Source of the DNA: a virus
Taxonomy: Duplodnaviria; Caudoviricetes
Reading direction: 5' to 3' (one strand)
Virus record (IMG/VR): IMGVR_UViG_3300022752_000073
Location: 1-60,129 of that record
Length of the DNA stretch: 60,129 bases
Below, piece by piece: positions 47,394-56,674 of this stretch. How positions within the stretch are numbered: the stretch's first letter is position 1; every line of letters begins with the position of its first letter. The translations under genes were made by a program, and so were the position numbers. The notes under the pieces are model-generated. The model did no database searches. It saw only the letters and a list, made by a program, of their open reading frames with translations, and had not been told where the DNA came from.

Positions 47394-47897
47394 TTAGCAC
47401 TTGCCGCCGTAGTTCATCTTTTTGGCCATTCCGCCTTTTTTCATCACACGGGAACCGATGCCGTTAGGCACACCGGATCCGGCCATCTTGACTTGCATAC
47501 CTTTGGTTTTACCCTTGGTTGCAACGCCATCACGGCTAGGAGCTGCTGTCTTGACTTTGCCCATTGAAGAAGCCGCCATGCCGCCAGAAGCCATTTTCTT
47601 GGACATGCCGCCTTTGTTCATTGTCAATTCGCCAATAACACGTTTCTTTTCCGCCATCAAATTGCGTTTGCCTTTAGCGGTCGATGCTTTTTCAGCATTA
47701 ACACGGCCAAGCTCTTCGAGACGATTCATGCGAGATGTATTTGCCATAGTATCACCACCTTTTGAAAATTTGCGGCCTTTGTCCGCGTTAGAAAACTCTT
47801 TGCCCACGGACTGTGGGACGCCTACTTTCTTCGCAAAAGCTGGACTATGTGCCACAGCCTCCATGAAATTATGTTGCTTTTTACTTGTGCTGGGCAT
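47394..47897 (-). CDS. Basic late protein with five xxGG motifs
   Basis: MPSTSKKQHNFM.AVAH...; RDGVATKGKTKG. Confidence 0.7.
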   Translation of the reverse strand: MPSTSKKQHNFMEAVAHSPAFAKKVGVPQSVGKEFSNADKGRKFSKGGDTMANTSRMNRLEELGRVNAEKASTAKGKRNLMAEKKRVIGELTMNKGGMSKKMASGGMAASSMGKVKTAAPSRDGVATKGKTKGMQVKMAGSGVPNGIGSRVMKKGGMAKKMNYGGKC

Positions 47898-47905
47898 GAT
47901 CTACC

Positions 47906-48160
47906 TCAACAGTTCCAAGCTCTAAGACTTTTATTGATCCGTGAATTGGGATCGTTTGCGGTTTTGGCGCTGGTCAACTTTTTCTTCATACCAGTCATCC
48001 TTGCACAGAAAGAGTCGCGCCGTGAGCCGCCTTCGGGTTGAGGACGTTTTAACCCCGGCTTCCCCGGATTCGCTGCATTGTAGGACGCACGTCCCTTGGC
48101 GTTCAAGCCGCCTTTGGGGTTCTTGCCTTCTTTGCGCGTCCATGCGGGCGTCTTAGCCAT
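47906..48160 (-). CDS. Small basic late protein
   Basis: KNPKGGLNAKGR...RRDSFCARM...LRAWNC. Confidence 0.75.
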   Translation of the reverse strand: MAKTPAWTRKEGKNPKGGLNAKGRASYNAANPGKPGLKRPQPEGGSRRDSFCARMTGMKKKLTSAKTANDPNSRINKSLRAWNC

Positions 48161-48446
48161 AAAAGATCGTGATTCCAGTAACAGAACCAACGCTAAGAGT
48201 TAAATACAATCCAGAACTTGCCAAAATACCTTCGCCGGGAACTTGAATATAAAAAGTATTTGGTGTACCCAAACTTGCTATATCCATGGTGTATAAAACA
48301 TCGGCAGTAGCACTGCCATTACGAATTTCAAAAGTTGCGGCAGTGCTGGCTTTTGGGGATACAACTAACCCCTTTAGCCTTGAACGACTGCCATAATAAG
48401 AACCAGCCGCACTAAGGTGCGCTGATAAAACATCGGTTTGCATCAT
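48153..48446 (-). CDS. Virion protein
   Basis: MQTDV...PGEGIL...TIFYG. Confidence 0.7.
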   Translation of the reverse strand: MMQTDVLSAHLSAAGSYYGSRSRLKGLVVSPKASTAATFEIRNGSATADVLYTMDIASLGTPNTFYIQVPGEGILASSGLYLTLSVGSVTGITIFYG

Positions 48447-48461
48447 GATGCGATGCTCCTA

Positions 48462-48998
48462 TTAAGCGATACGGCTAAATACGTATGCAGTTGCGCTGGA
48501 GAACATGATTCTGAAACAAGCCAGACCGGTTACACCGGAGGGCACGGTCAACAGACCTGCGCCTGCACCAGAGCCAGCAGCGGCGGCGGCAGACAAAATA
48601 CCGTTAGTTGCCACAGCAATAGTCACAGTGTTTGCGCCAGCGGTGTTGTCAATATACAAGTCCATCACAGTACCAGCAGTTGCACCAAGTGCGGCACCAA
48701 GCAAAGTGCCGGTAGGCAAAGTAATGGTAGTAGCTGCGGCTGAGGTAGAAGTGATATAGCCTGTAGCAACTTGTGCTGCGGTGGCTGTAGCCGTTGCATT
48801 GATAGCAGCGGTGCTTGGGTGATTCTGGTCAGTAAAAACCAGATTGGTAGCCGTTACTGTAGTAGCGGCCAAAGTGGTCACACTAGTGGCTGTGCCAAGA
48901 GTGGAGGTTGTAGTAACTGCGCCGGTGTTGGCGTCAATAGAAATAGTTTGAAAGCCGTTCTGCGAGCGAACTGGGCCGTTGAATGTGGTATTTGCCAT
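48462..48998 (-). CDS. Virion/capsid-associated protein
   Basis: MANTTFNGPVRSQNGF N-terminus; T/A-rich. Confidence 0.7.
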   Translation of the reverse strand: MANTTFNGPVRSQNGFQTISIDANTGAVTTTSTLGTATSVTTLAATTVTATNLVFTDQNHPSTAAINATATATAAQVATGYITSTSAAATTITLPTGTLLGAALGATAGTVMDLYIDNTAGANTVTIAVATNGILSAAAAAGSGAGAGLLTVPSGVTGLACFRIMFSSATAYVFSRIA

Positions 48999-49004
48999 GA
49001 TGAT

Positions 49005-49078
49005 TCCTTACATACAAGTTAGGCGCATCAATCTGTATGTCGTCAGCCGGGGCTGTTTGATGCACCGGAAAGCCCGGA
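49005..49078 (-). ncRNA. Pseudoknotted cis-element abutting RBS
   Basis: GGTGCATCAA/TTGATGCGCC stem, inner CAGC/GCTG hairpin, crossing ACATACA/TGTATGT stem, then AAGGA. Confidence 0.6.
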
Positions 49079-49101
49079 TTAGCGTAGTTGTATCACGGTT
49101 C

Positions 49102-49695
49102 TTAAGTAGGGTCAACGAGTTTGTTAGATTTTGCTAAGTTTTCTTCTTGAGTAATAACCCGTAAGTTCCATGGAACGTGCAGGCCACATACCTCGTCAGA
49201 GCGTAGTGGAACGATATGGTCAACCACGTATTGCTCTCCAGTTGTCTTGGTCATTGTGATGGCAATTTGGTAAAGCTGTCGAATCTCGGACTTTTGTTTG
49301 CGTGTTAGCCACGGCGGTGTAGCATCCCGATGCTTCCGCCTGCGAACTTTGTTGTCTGCCAACACCTGTACTTTATTGTTGGTTTTCCACGTATTACGGT
49401 ACTCCCGCAATACATGCGCAGGACGTGTAGAAGCAGCGGCTATAACCTTTTCTCTATTATTCTCGTACCACTTATTCTTACGGTCTTTTACATCTTCACG
49501 CTTGTTGTACTGACGGAAGTAATTAACCCGAGTCTCTGCGGCGTGCTGCCACTCAACTCTAAGACATTCAACGCAAGCACCTTTGGTTTTGCGCGGCGCA
49601 ATGTGGCCGTGCTTGCAAGGCTCTCCAGTGAAGTAGTACTTAGCACCCGATGCCTTAGCTTCTGCTCGGGTTTTTGGTAAGTTTGTGGTGTCCAT
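49102..49695 (-). CDS. HNH homing endonuclease
   Basis: YFTGEPCKHGH...CVEC; TPPWL; VDHIVPL...VCGLHVPWNL...N..K.N. Confidence 0.88.
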   Translation of the reverse strand: MDTTNLPKTRAEAKASGAKYYFTGEPCKHGHIAPRKTKGACVECLRVEWQHAAETRVNYFRQYNKREDVKDRKNKWYENNREKVIAAASTRPAHVLREYRNTWKTNNKVQVLADNKVRRRKHRDATPPWLTRKQKSEIRQLYQIAITMTKTTGEQYVVDHIVPLRSDEVCGLHVPWNLRVITQEENLAKSNKLVDPT

Positions 49696-49722
49696 AAATG
49701 CTCCTGCGACTTAGTTACAGGT

Positions 49723-49750
49723 AATGTACACGCTCTAAAATAAAAGTCAA
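49723..49750 (-). promoter_or_regulatory. Sigma70 promoter upstream of HNH
   Basis: TTGACT-16bp-TACATT. Confidence 0.6.
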
Positions 49751-49759
49751 ATGGGCAAT

Positions 49760-49783
49760 AAAAAAGGCCCCGAAGGGCCTTTT
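49760..49783 (-). terminator. Terminator after major capsid gene
   Basis: AAAAGGCCC-TTCG-GGGCCTTTTTT on the minus strand. Confidence 0.85.
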
Positions 49784-49798
49784 CTAGATACCAAAGTA

Positions 49799-50707
49799 TC
49801 AAGCTCCAGCGGAACCGTACATGCCCAGAGGGTCAGACCAGCCGAAGCTGTAACGCTCACGAGACTTGTAACGGACGTTGCCGGTATCGAAATCACCGTC
49901 CATTGACTGTTGCAACGGTGTACGCACGAAATGCTTCATGCCGTTTGGAACGTCTGTGGTCAGGAACCAAGCGTTTGTATCGGTCAAGAAGTGATTAATG
50001 GTGTAACCATCAGGGATGGAACCATTGTTCTTCAATGCGTTGATGTCGTTGTCAGCAGTAGACACACGCAATTCAGTTTCCAGCAAACGAGTTGCCGTGA
50101 ACTGCAAAGCGGGAGGAACCACCAGCTTTTTAGGCTTAGCAGCGATCAACAGGCCACGCTCGTCTGTCCACAAGCTGATTTGAATCACAGCGTTTTCCAA
50201 CGATGTTTCATTCAAGTCGGCAGGGGTAGATGGAATGTTGCTGTTGGTGCCACCAGAGATCAAAGGATGTGCTGACGAGAACAACGGTACGCCGTCACCA
50301 CCAACGTAACCGCTGTTGAAACCGTTGTTCAAAACGGAAGCAGCTTTTACTTGCTTGGTGTATGCCATAGCGCGAGCCAAAGCTTTGGTGTAACGAGCGG
50401 ACAACGAGTCATACAAGTTGTCTTCGATAGCCTCTTCAGTCAAGCTGAAGCCCAAAGCAATGGTTTCGTGGTTGTATCGAGCAGTCCATGCTTCCTGCGC
50501 ATTGTCATAAGCAATCGCAGAGCCCTCGTTCTTCACCGGAGCGGCGGAGAATCCAGACAGCTTGGTTTCCTCTTCAAAACTACGCTCCGAAGTTTCGGTT
50601 TCGTAGATCTCTTTGTGCTCTTCGCCGTACTTAGCGTATTCCAGACCAAACAAAGCGTTCAGGCCGGGGAGCAGCTCTTTCAATAGTTGTGCGCGTGAAA
50701 TTGCCAT
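49799..50707 (-). CDS. Major capsid protein (Mu gpT-like, HK97 fold)
   Basis: MAISRAQLLKELLPGLN..., DGVPLFS.AHP, LVVPPAL, RERYSFGWSD; followed by terminator. Confidence 0.85.
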   Translation of the reverse strand: MAISRAQLLKELLPGLNALFGLEYAKYGEEHKEIYETETSERSFEEETKLSGFSAAPVKNEGSAIAYDNAQEAWTARYNHETIALGFSLTEEAIEDNLYDSLSARYTKALARAMAYTKQVKAASVLNNGFNSGYVGGDGVPLFSSAHPLISGGTNSNIPSTPADLNETSLENAVIQISLWTDERGLLIAAKPKKLVVPPALQFTATRLLETELRVSTADNDINALKNNGSIPDGYTINHFLTDTNAWFLTTDVPNGMKHFVRTPLQQSMDGDFDTGNVRYKSRERYSFGWSDPLGMYGSAGA

Positions 50708-50718
50708 GATTTAGCTCC

Positions 50719-51600
50719 TTATACGCCGGTTGTGTTGTTATAGCTATGGAAGTTTCCATTCCAAGCCACCAAGACTTCTGGAAAGCCTACAAACGATAAA
50801 GCTGAACCGGCTGCCAGAGTAACTGCGGCATCCAAGGTCAGTGTGGTGGTAGCCACATTAATAACGGTTGCATATTGGCCAGCCAAAGTGCCAGTACCAG
50901 TAGGGCAAATAAGTTGCATACCGGGAACCAAGCCAGTTACAGCAGCGGTCAAAGTCACAGTTGCGCTGGAACCAGAGGTGCTACCAGTACCGGTCAAGGT
51001 AACAGCAGTCTCAGGAACAACGCCAACCATGCGCCATGGCAGAGCAGTAGTAGCACGATCACCAGCACCAGAAGTGCCAGAAGTAACGACAGCACCGGAA
51101 ACCGACTGAGCGGAATTACCGGTAGTTGTGCTGCCAGAAACACCACCAGCACCACCAATCATGTACAGATTGGAGCCGACATAGTAGGGATTCAGATAGC
51201 CAACAGTGGTGCTGGTATTAGCCAAAGAAGTACCTTGGACGGTAACCACGGCTTTAAACAAAGCGCGAGGATCGTCAACAACAATAGCTTCGATGTCGTT
51301 AGCAGCGGTACTAGCGGGGTAGTACTGAGCAAACAATTTTTGGCCAGTTGTGGGGCTAGTGTAAGAACAGCCCATGAAAATGCCGAGCGTACCAGCAACG
51401 GGGGTGCCGGGAGACGAAGCGGCGCTCATAGCTGAGCGAACAATAGTTCCACCAGAGATTTGAACTACGTCGCCGTAGAACAAGTTTTGAGCATAAGCAT
51501 ACTCAATCGGTACTTTACGGGTAGCGCCGGCATAGGGCAGTCCGTCCAGACGGTTGAGCGGCTTAAACCCATAGGGTGCCGATACAGTTGGATAAGCCAT
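50719..51600 (-). CDS. Capsid decoration/cement protein
   Basis: APYGFKP...FYGD.V...G.FMGC.Y...VDDP; precedes capsid gene. Confidence 0.65.
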   Translation of the reverse strand: MAYPTVSAPYGFKPLNRLDGLPYAGATRKVPIEYAYAQNLFYGDVVQISGGTIVRSAMSAASSPGTPVAGTLGIFMGCSYTSPTTGQKLFAQYYPASTAANDIEAIVVDDPRALFKAVVTVQGTSLANTSTTVGYLNPYYVGSNLYMIGGAGGVSGSTTTGNSAQSVSGAVVTSGTSGAGDRATTALPWRMVGVVPETAVTLTGTGSTSGSSATVTLTAAVTGLVPGMQLICPTGTGTLAGQYATVINVATTTLTLDAAVTLAAGSALSFVGFPEVLVAWNGNFHSYNNTTGV

Positions 51601-51620
51601 TTAAGACTCCTTAAAAAAGA

Positions 51621-52070
51621 TTAAGTACCTTTGCCAAAGCTACTTGAAGATTTACGCTCTCTAAAGAGCGGCATCCGCGCATCGCTTTGACGCATGAAAC
51701 TATTATCTACAGCGTCCGTCTGAGCTTGGGTTTGTTTAGCGAAATAATCGTTTCGCTGATCCACAAAATCAGAAGGTGTCTTGCAAAGTAATAGCCCGCC
51801 AATCTCAATGTTGTCTTTATAACGACTATTGGGATCAGCTAACAGTCGGAATTTGGGTTGTTCTTCGACGGAAACGGGCTCCCAACCTTCACGGAGTTTG
51901 GCCGATAGGTTACGGGGATCTGCCATGTTATTCGTCGAAACACGAATCCAGCGATATCTATACCCAGCCTGTTTGTCTGGCTCAGGTAACAATTCAGGTT
52001 GCATCCACTGCTTAGGACGCTCCACTATCGCACGTGTTTCAAGTTCTCTTGCGAGTCTATTTTCAGCCAT
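51621..52070 (-). CDS. Conserved head-module protein
   Basis: YRWIR...EGWEPV...IGGLLLCK. Confidence 0.75.
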   Translation of the reverse strand: MAENRLARELETRAIVERPKQWMQPELLPEPDKQAGYRYRWIRVSTNNMADPRNLSAKLREGWEPVSVEEQPKFRLLADPNSRYKDNIEIGGLLLCKTPSDFVDQRNDYFAKQTQAQTDAVDNSFMRQSDARMPLFRERKSSSSFGKGT

Positions 52071-53025
52071 TTTGGGCCTCCACTTTAAGGAATTCCTTCA
52101 CATACTGCTCAGGAGTAATTCCAAGTTTTTTGATCGTATTCATCTGACTTTGCTTTAGTCTGACTTTGTTGGAAGCCGTACTGCGCGTTGCCGGAGCCAC
52201 AACAGTCGCGGGTTTTGCCCGTGGCTGTTCACGACCTTGTTCCACTTCCTCAATGCCAAAAGCATCAGGGAACCGTTTGCGCATCGTTTTGTCCAGTGCG
52301 CCGTAATACTCATCAGAACCAATTAAAACCCCATTTTCTTTAAGTTCTTCGTGTAAACCTAAAGCAAAAGCGGTCATTCCTTTATTTCTACCAAACCAAC
52401 TGTTACGTTCTTGCCACGCTTCAGCTTTAGCATCTGGTTTAGGAACGGATTGATACTGCTGTTGTTGCGGTTGTACTTCATATCGTTCCTCCTGTAAAGG
52501 GGTCAATTTAAAGTTTTTTGCCTGAATAAGTCTTAAATTGGCTTCCTGCATCGCCTGCTGGGCTTCAACCAACTTATCTGAATCCCCGGCATCATAGGCT
52601 TCTTTATAGGCCCGCTTAGCCATATCCAATTCCATGGACGCATTACTTTGCACCGTGCTGGCAAATTCTTTTTCACCATTGGTCAGAATCTGTTTAATGC
52701 GTTGATTTTCTTGGAGTAGCCTTTGCGCTACAGAAATAGCTTCTTGGTGTTCCCGTAAAGCCGCTTCTTTCTCGCGCCGTTCATCGTGCCAAACCTTACG
52801 CATCTGTTTAAGTTTGTTCTTAACATTGTCGTCGTATTGGTCTAGCTCGTCTTTTTCCAAGTCCTCAACCAAAGGTTTTGGTAATGGCTGACGGCCACGA
52901 TCCTCTGGAGGCGTGTCATCTTCAATCTCTATTTCAATTTCGGGATCCGTTTTTTCTACGGGTTTTCCCTTACTTTCCTGCTCTACTTCGTCAGGAAATT
53001 TAAATTCGTCTTGTTCTAAAGGCAT
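52063..53025 (-). CDS. Scaffolding protein
   Basis: Acidic coiled coil; W...NSWFG; LGITPEQY C-terminus. Confidence 0.75.
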   Translation of the reverse strand: MPLEQDEFKFPDEVEQESKGKPVEKTDPEIEIEIEDDTPPEDRGRQPLPKPLVEDLEKDELDQYDDNVKNKLKQMRKVWHDERREKEAALREHQEAISVAQRLLQENQRIKQILTNGEKEFASTVQSNASMELDMAKRAYKEAYDAGDSDKLVEAQQAMQEANLRLIQAKNFKLTPLQEERYEVQPQQQQYQSVPKPDAKAEAWQERNSWFGRNKGMTAFALGLHEELKENGVLIGSDEYYGALDKTMRKRFPDAFGIEEVEQGREQPRAKPATVVAPATRSTASNKVRLKQSQMNTIKKLGITPEQYVKEFLKVEAQNG

Positions 53026-53036
53026 TTTGTGCTCCT

Positions 53037-53465
53037 CTATTTACGTTTAATACCACGGGGATCATCCACTACTGCCTCAACAGAATCGTCATTGATGATT
53101 CTGAATTCGCGGCCATGAATAACCAGACGCGAACCCGCATGGGGGCGCACAAGGACAAAATCACCCTTTTTGCACCACGGCCCTGTTGGGAACCGTTTCT
53201 CGTCTTTGTAGCAATCTGGCCCCATATCTACAACAAACAAGACTGTTGTAAGAGTCTCTTCGTTGCGCATAGTTTCGTCTGCTTTAACCAATCCAACTTC
53301 ACTATCTTCAAATTGCTTTTCCGCTTCCGGAATAGCACAAAGAATGCGATAGCCTGACGGTTTGGGTAGTTGTTTGCCTTTTTCCTCTGCGGTGGCAGTG
53401 AAGTTGTAGGCTCCCACAACTTGGGGGTTGTTGGCGTCTGTAGCCAACAAAATGGATTCAGTCAT
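53037..53465 (-). CDS. groES: Co-chaperonin GroES-like (Cpn10)
   Basis: P.GYRIL...V..MGPDCY...CKKGDFVL....G.......FRIINDD.V.AVV. Confidence 0.8.
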   Translation of the reverse strand: MTESILLATDANNPQVVGAYNFTATAEEKGKQLPKPSGYRILCAIPEAEKQFEDSEVGLVKADETMRNEETLTTVLFVVDMGPDCYKDEKRFPTGPWCKKGDFVLVRPHAGSRLVIHGREFRIINDDSVEAVVDDPRGIKRK

Positions 53466-53646
53466 CCGAGTTCTCCATGGTTTGTTTCAGGTCTAGTATG
53501 TAACCCCGCATAATGAGTAGACCGCGAACCTCACCACACAGTTTCTTGTACTCTTCAAAAGAATCCGCTTTGCCGTCTGCCAGCCAATCCTTTATCTGAG
53601 TTACTTTTTCATCCGCTTGTTGAACTAGAACATCAAGTGCGTTCAT
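53458..53646 (-). CDS. Conserved small head-module protein
   Basis: G.A.SFEEYK...GEVRGL. Confidence 0.7.
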   Translation of the reverse strand: MNALDVLVQQADEKVTQIKDWLADGKADSFEEYKKLCGEVRGLLIMRGYILDLKQTMENSDD

Positions 53647-56101
53647 TATTGATCCTCAAATTTTTAAGAGCATCCGCTCTAAGATCTATTATTTGCTTCT
53701 CGCGGTCTTCTTCCATTTGAGCAGCGACTTTTAATGCATCAATTGAAATTCGCTTGAATTCGGTTTCCTGCTGTTTAGCAATCCGCTCACGTTCAATCTC
53801 TAACTGGTCGGCTTTAGCAAAGGCATCAATCTGCTGTTTCTGTTGTTTCAACTGGACTTCTTGCGCCTTAAGTTGCAGCTCTTGTTGTTGCATTTGGATC
53901 AATGGATCCTGAGCCTGTTGCTGGGCTTGCTGTTGCGCCACTTGCTGCTGGTTGTTTTGCAGTAGTTGCTGAGCCGCTTGAGCCAACAATGGAGACAGAC
54001 GCGCTTCGATCTCTGGACTCATGTGCATCTCTTCGCCAGCTTCATCTTTCTGTGGTGGTAAGGGCATGCCAAGCTGCATCTCAATTTGACGTCTGTACTC
54101 AAATCCCAAGTGCTCATTGATGTGCGCCATCATGGCCTGCTGCATAGCCTGCGCCATCGGGTTGTTTTGGAGCAACTGAATAATCTTTGGATCTTTCATT
54201 GCTGCCATATGAACCGTGATGTGTGCCTGATGATCTTGATACAAGAAGGCTTTGACAGGTTTGCCCATCAGCACGTTCTGGTTCTCGGTCACCGGATCGG
54301 TAGGTTTCTGATCATCTTCCATCGGAACCAACTTGTTTGCGTCCTTGATTCCCAACACGCTTAGCATTTGACGATGCAGGAGTGGTAAGTTGTATAACTG
54401 AGGGGATGCCTGAGCCAACTGCATGACCGCCTGATACTGAACAATCTTTTGCGCCATGGTGGACGCATTAGGATCGCTGACGGGAATCACATCCACGTCG
54501 TCATAGTCAGATTTCTTGGCCTTGCGACTTCCTTCAACGGGCTGGTAGTCGTAATCTTCTGGGGTGTAGTCCGCAATAATCTTCTTAAGAAGACCCAGCT
54601 CCTGCTTCATGCTGTAGTGGACACGCGCCTGAATAGCAGACATGTTCTTCAGTGTGCGCTCAAGGATTGCCAGTGTGGTGCCCACGGGTGAGTTAGCACT
54701 CATGTCGCTGATCTGCATATCCGCAGTGTTGGCAAAGCGACGGCCTTCCTCAACAACCTTGTCCATCAACATAGCAAGAACTTGTGAGGGCTCTTTATAT
54801 GGCAGTGGTAACAAGTTATCTCTTAGCGTACCGCTGGCAACGTCCGCATCGCGCCACTCACCGGGGGCAATCGGCGTGTCGTCACCCTTGACGCGCATAC
54901 CGCGAGTCTTGAAACCACCGGGCAAGTTGCTCAGCGTACCCGCATCAATAAGCTGACGCATGGTGCTTGTGGCAGATTTGGCAAATGCACCAATCAGGTG
55001 AATCAAACCAAAACAGTAAAAGCCAAAGCCCGGTACATAGCCGTAATGCACAAAGTGCTGACGCTTGGCGTATGTCTCGTCGTCGGGCTCCCAGTTACGG
55101 CGAATTGCCAAAACACTGCCAGAGCCTTTTTCTATAGTCACCACATAAGGTAGGGCAATTCCAGTCTCTTCCCCGTTCTTGTCTTTGTGCTCGTAGCCTT
55201 CAAGATCAAGATCAACGTTCATTTCCAAGACTTTAAAGCGATCATCGGCGGTAGCTCTAAAGCCCATCTTCTCCGCGATCTTCTTCTCGACTTCATCAAG
55301 CACGTTCTCTGGAGTGCCTAGATCAACGTCCCTATAGAACCCGGCAACTTGCAACTTACGCAACTCGTTCTCGGTCTTACGCATGACGTGAGTCACCCGT
55401 GGAGAAGAGTCCAAATTAGACGCGCCATACGGCACTACAATATCTTCCGCAGGTACAAAGTACGACACTTGCCTGTCAATTGACGGGTCAAAATACACTT
55501 TCTTGAACGCATTTCCTGCCAGACCCAAACCCCACAGCATGCGCTCATGCTCGGGACGGTACTCTTTCATTACATCCGTCAACTGATAATTCATGTCGTC
55601 TGCGACACGCTGAGCGGATTCTTTTTTGGCCGGTGTTTCTCTGCCAATAATCTGAGTCTTCACAGGGCCAGAGGCCGGAAACGTTGCCATCATGGTTTCA
55701 GACTGGAACTTCACCAAAGCTTCAGACAGCATCGGGTGATATACACCACACGCGCCTTCCCAAGGTTCGGTGCGATCTTCAAGTTTCATACCCAGCAATT
55801 CCAAGCCGTCTACATAAGTCTGCATCCAATCCTTGCGGCTGGCCACATCTTCGTCGTAGTCACTGATCAGTTCAGAGGCAAGGTTCTGTAAAACCTCTTC
55901 GCTAATGTGCTCAGCCAGATTGGCGCTGAAGTCTTCATCCGATTCTTCACCGGGCTCCATATGGATACTTAGATCACCTATATTTATATCCACAGATTCA
56001 GGATTTTCAATCTCAATCTCTATCTGAGGAGACGCTGCATCCTGTGCTATTAGCTCCTCAATCCCTTGAGGCGCTGCGTAAAGTGACTTCTCGATTGCCA
56101 T
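53633..56101 (-). CDS. Portal protein
   Basis: 822 aa after terminase; G.AFKKVYFD, DAGTLSN, C-terminal Q-rich barrel (P22-like). Confidence 0.88.
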   Translation of the reverse strand: MAIEKSLYAAPQGIEELIAQDAASPQIEIEIENPESVDINIGDLSIHMEPGEESDEDFSANLAEHISEEVLQNLASELISDYDEDVASRKDWMQTYVDGLELLGMKLEDRTEPWEGACGVYHPMLSEALVKFQSETMMATFPASGPVKTQIIGRETPAKKESAQRVADDMNYQLTDVMKEYRPEHERMLWGLGLAGNAFKKVYFDPSIDRQVSYFVPAEDIVVPYGASNLDSSPRVTHVMRKTENELRKLQVAGFYRDVDLGTPENVLDEVEKKIAEKMGFRATADDRFKVLEMNVDLDLEGYEHKDKNGEETGIALPYVVTIEKGSGSVLAIRRNWEPDDETYAKRQHFVHYGYVPGFGFYCFGLIHLIGAFAKSATSTMRQLIDAGTLSNLPGGFKTRGMRVKGDDTPIAPGEWRDADVASGTLRDNLLPLPYKEPSQVLAMLMDKVVEEGRRFANTADMQISDMSANSPVGTTLAILERTLKNMSAIQARVHYSMKQELGLLKKIIADYTPEDYDYQPVEGSRKAKKSDYDDVDVIPVSDPNASTMAQKIVQYQAVMQLAQASPQLYNLPLLHRQMLSVLGIKDANKLVPMEDDQKPTDPVTENQNVLMGKPVKAFLYQDHQAHITVHMAAMKDPKIIQLLQNNPMAQAMQQAMMAHINEHLGFEYRRQIEMQLGMPLPPQKDEAGEEMHMSPEIEARLSPLLAQAAQQLLQNNQQQVAQQQAQQQAQDPLIQMQQQELQLKAQEVQLKQQKQQIDAFAKADQLEIERERIAKQQETEFKRISIDALKVAAQMEEDREKQIIDLRADALKNLRINNERT

Positions 56102-56109
56102 GTTGTGTC

Positions 56110-56658
56110 CTATCTAAATGCTGGGCCAAGTGCCCAAGTGACCGCCGAATACCTTACGCCCTTAGTGACAGGTGTAACCCTATGCTCCATAAAAGAAGGA
56201 AACACAACAATACTGCCACGCTTAGTCAGTGTGTTATTACTGTCCACATATTTAAGCTGCAACTCGCCACCCTCGAACTCCGATGGATCGTTTAGTAAAA
56301 TACTAACAGACAGCTTGCGCTGCATGCCGTTTTCTGGTTCTGCGCCATCTAGATGCCAACCATAATGGCCACCATCTTCTGCGGCATACCTACCTATCTG
56401 TACTTGTTCTAGCGTGCTAAGCAAAAAATTCCACTCCGCTTTTACATTAGACTCCGCAATGTAAGTTTGTGCCACGCAGCCAATTGGAGTGCTTGGCTCC
56501 TGCCACACCACATCGGTGATTCTTTTCTCAAAGTTTTTCAACTTATTTGGAGTCACCAACCCAGTTTCCGCATGGCTCCAGTCTACGCTGTTTAAAACGT
56601 AATCACAAAAGCCATTAGACAGCACTGATTCATACAAAAAAAGTTTGTTCTTAACCAT
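56110..56658 (-). CDS. 2OG-Fe(II) oxygenase (prolyl-4-hydroxylase/PKHD type)
   Basis: WHLD, RKLS, FEGGEL, FPSFMEHRVTPV..G.RYS. Confidence 0.9.
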   Translation of the reverse strand: MVKNKLFLYESVLSNGFCDYVLNSVDWSHAETGLVTPNKLKNFEKRITDVVWQEPSTPIGCVAQTYIAESNVKAEWNFLLSTLEQVQIGRYAAEDGGHYGWHLDGAEPENGMQRKLSVSILLNDPSEFEGGELQLKYVDSNNTLTKRGSIVVFPSFMEHRVTPVTKGVRYSAVTWALGPAFR

Positions 56659-56674
56659 GTTTACACCGTATAAC

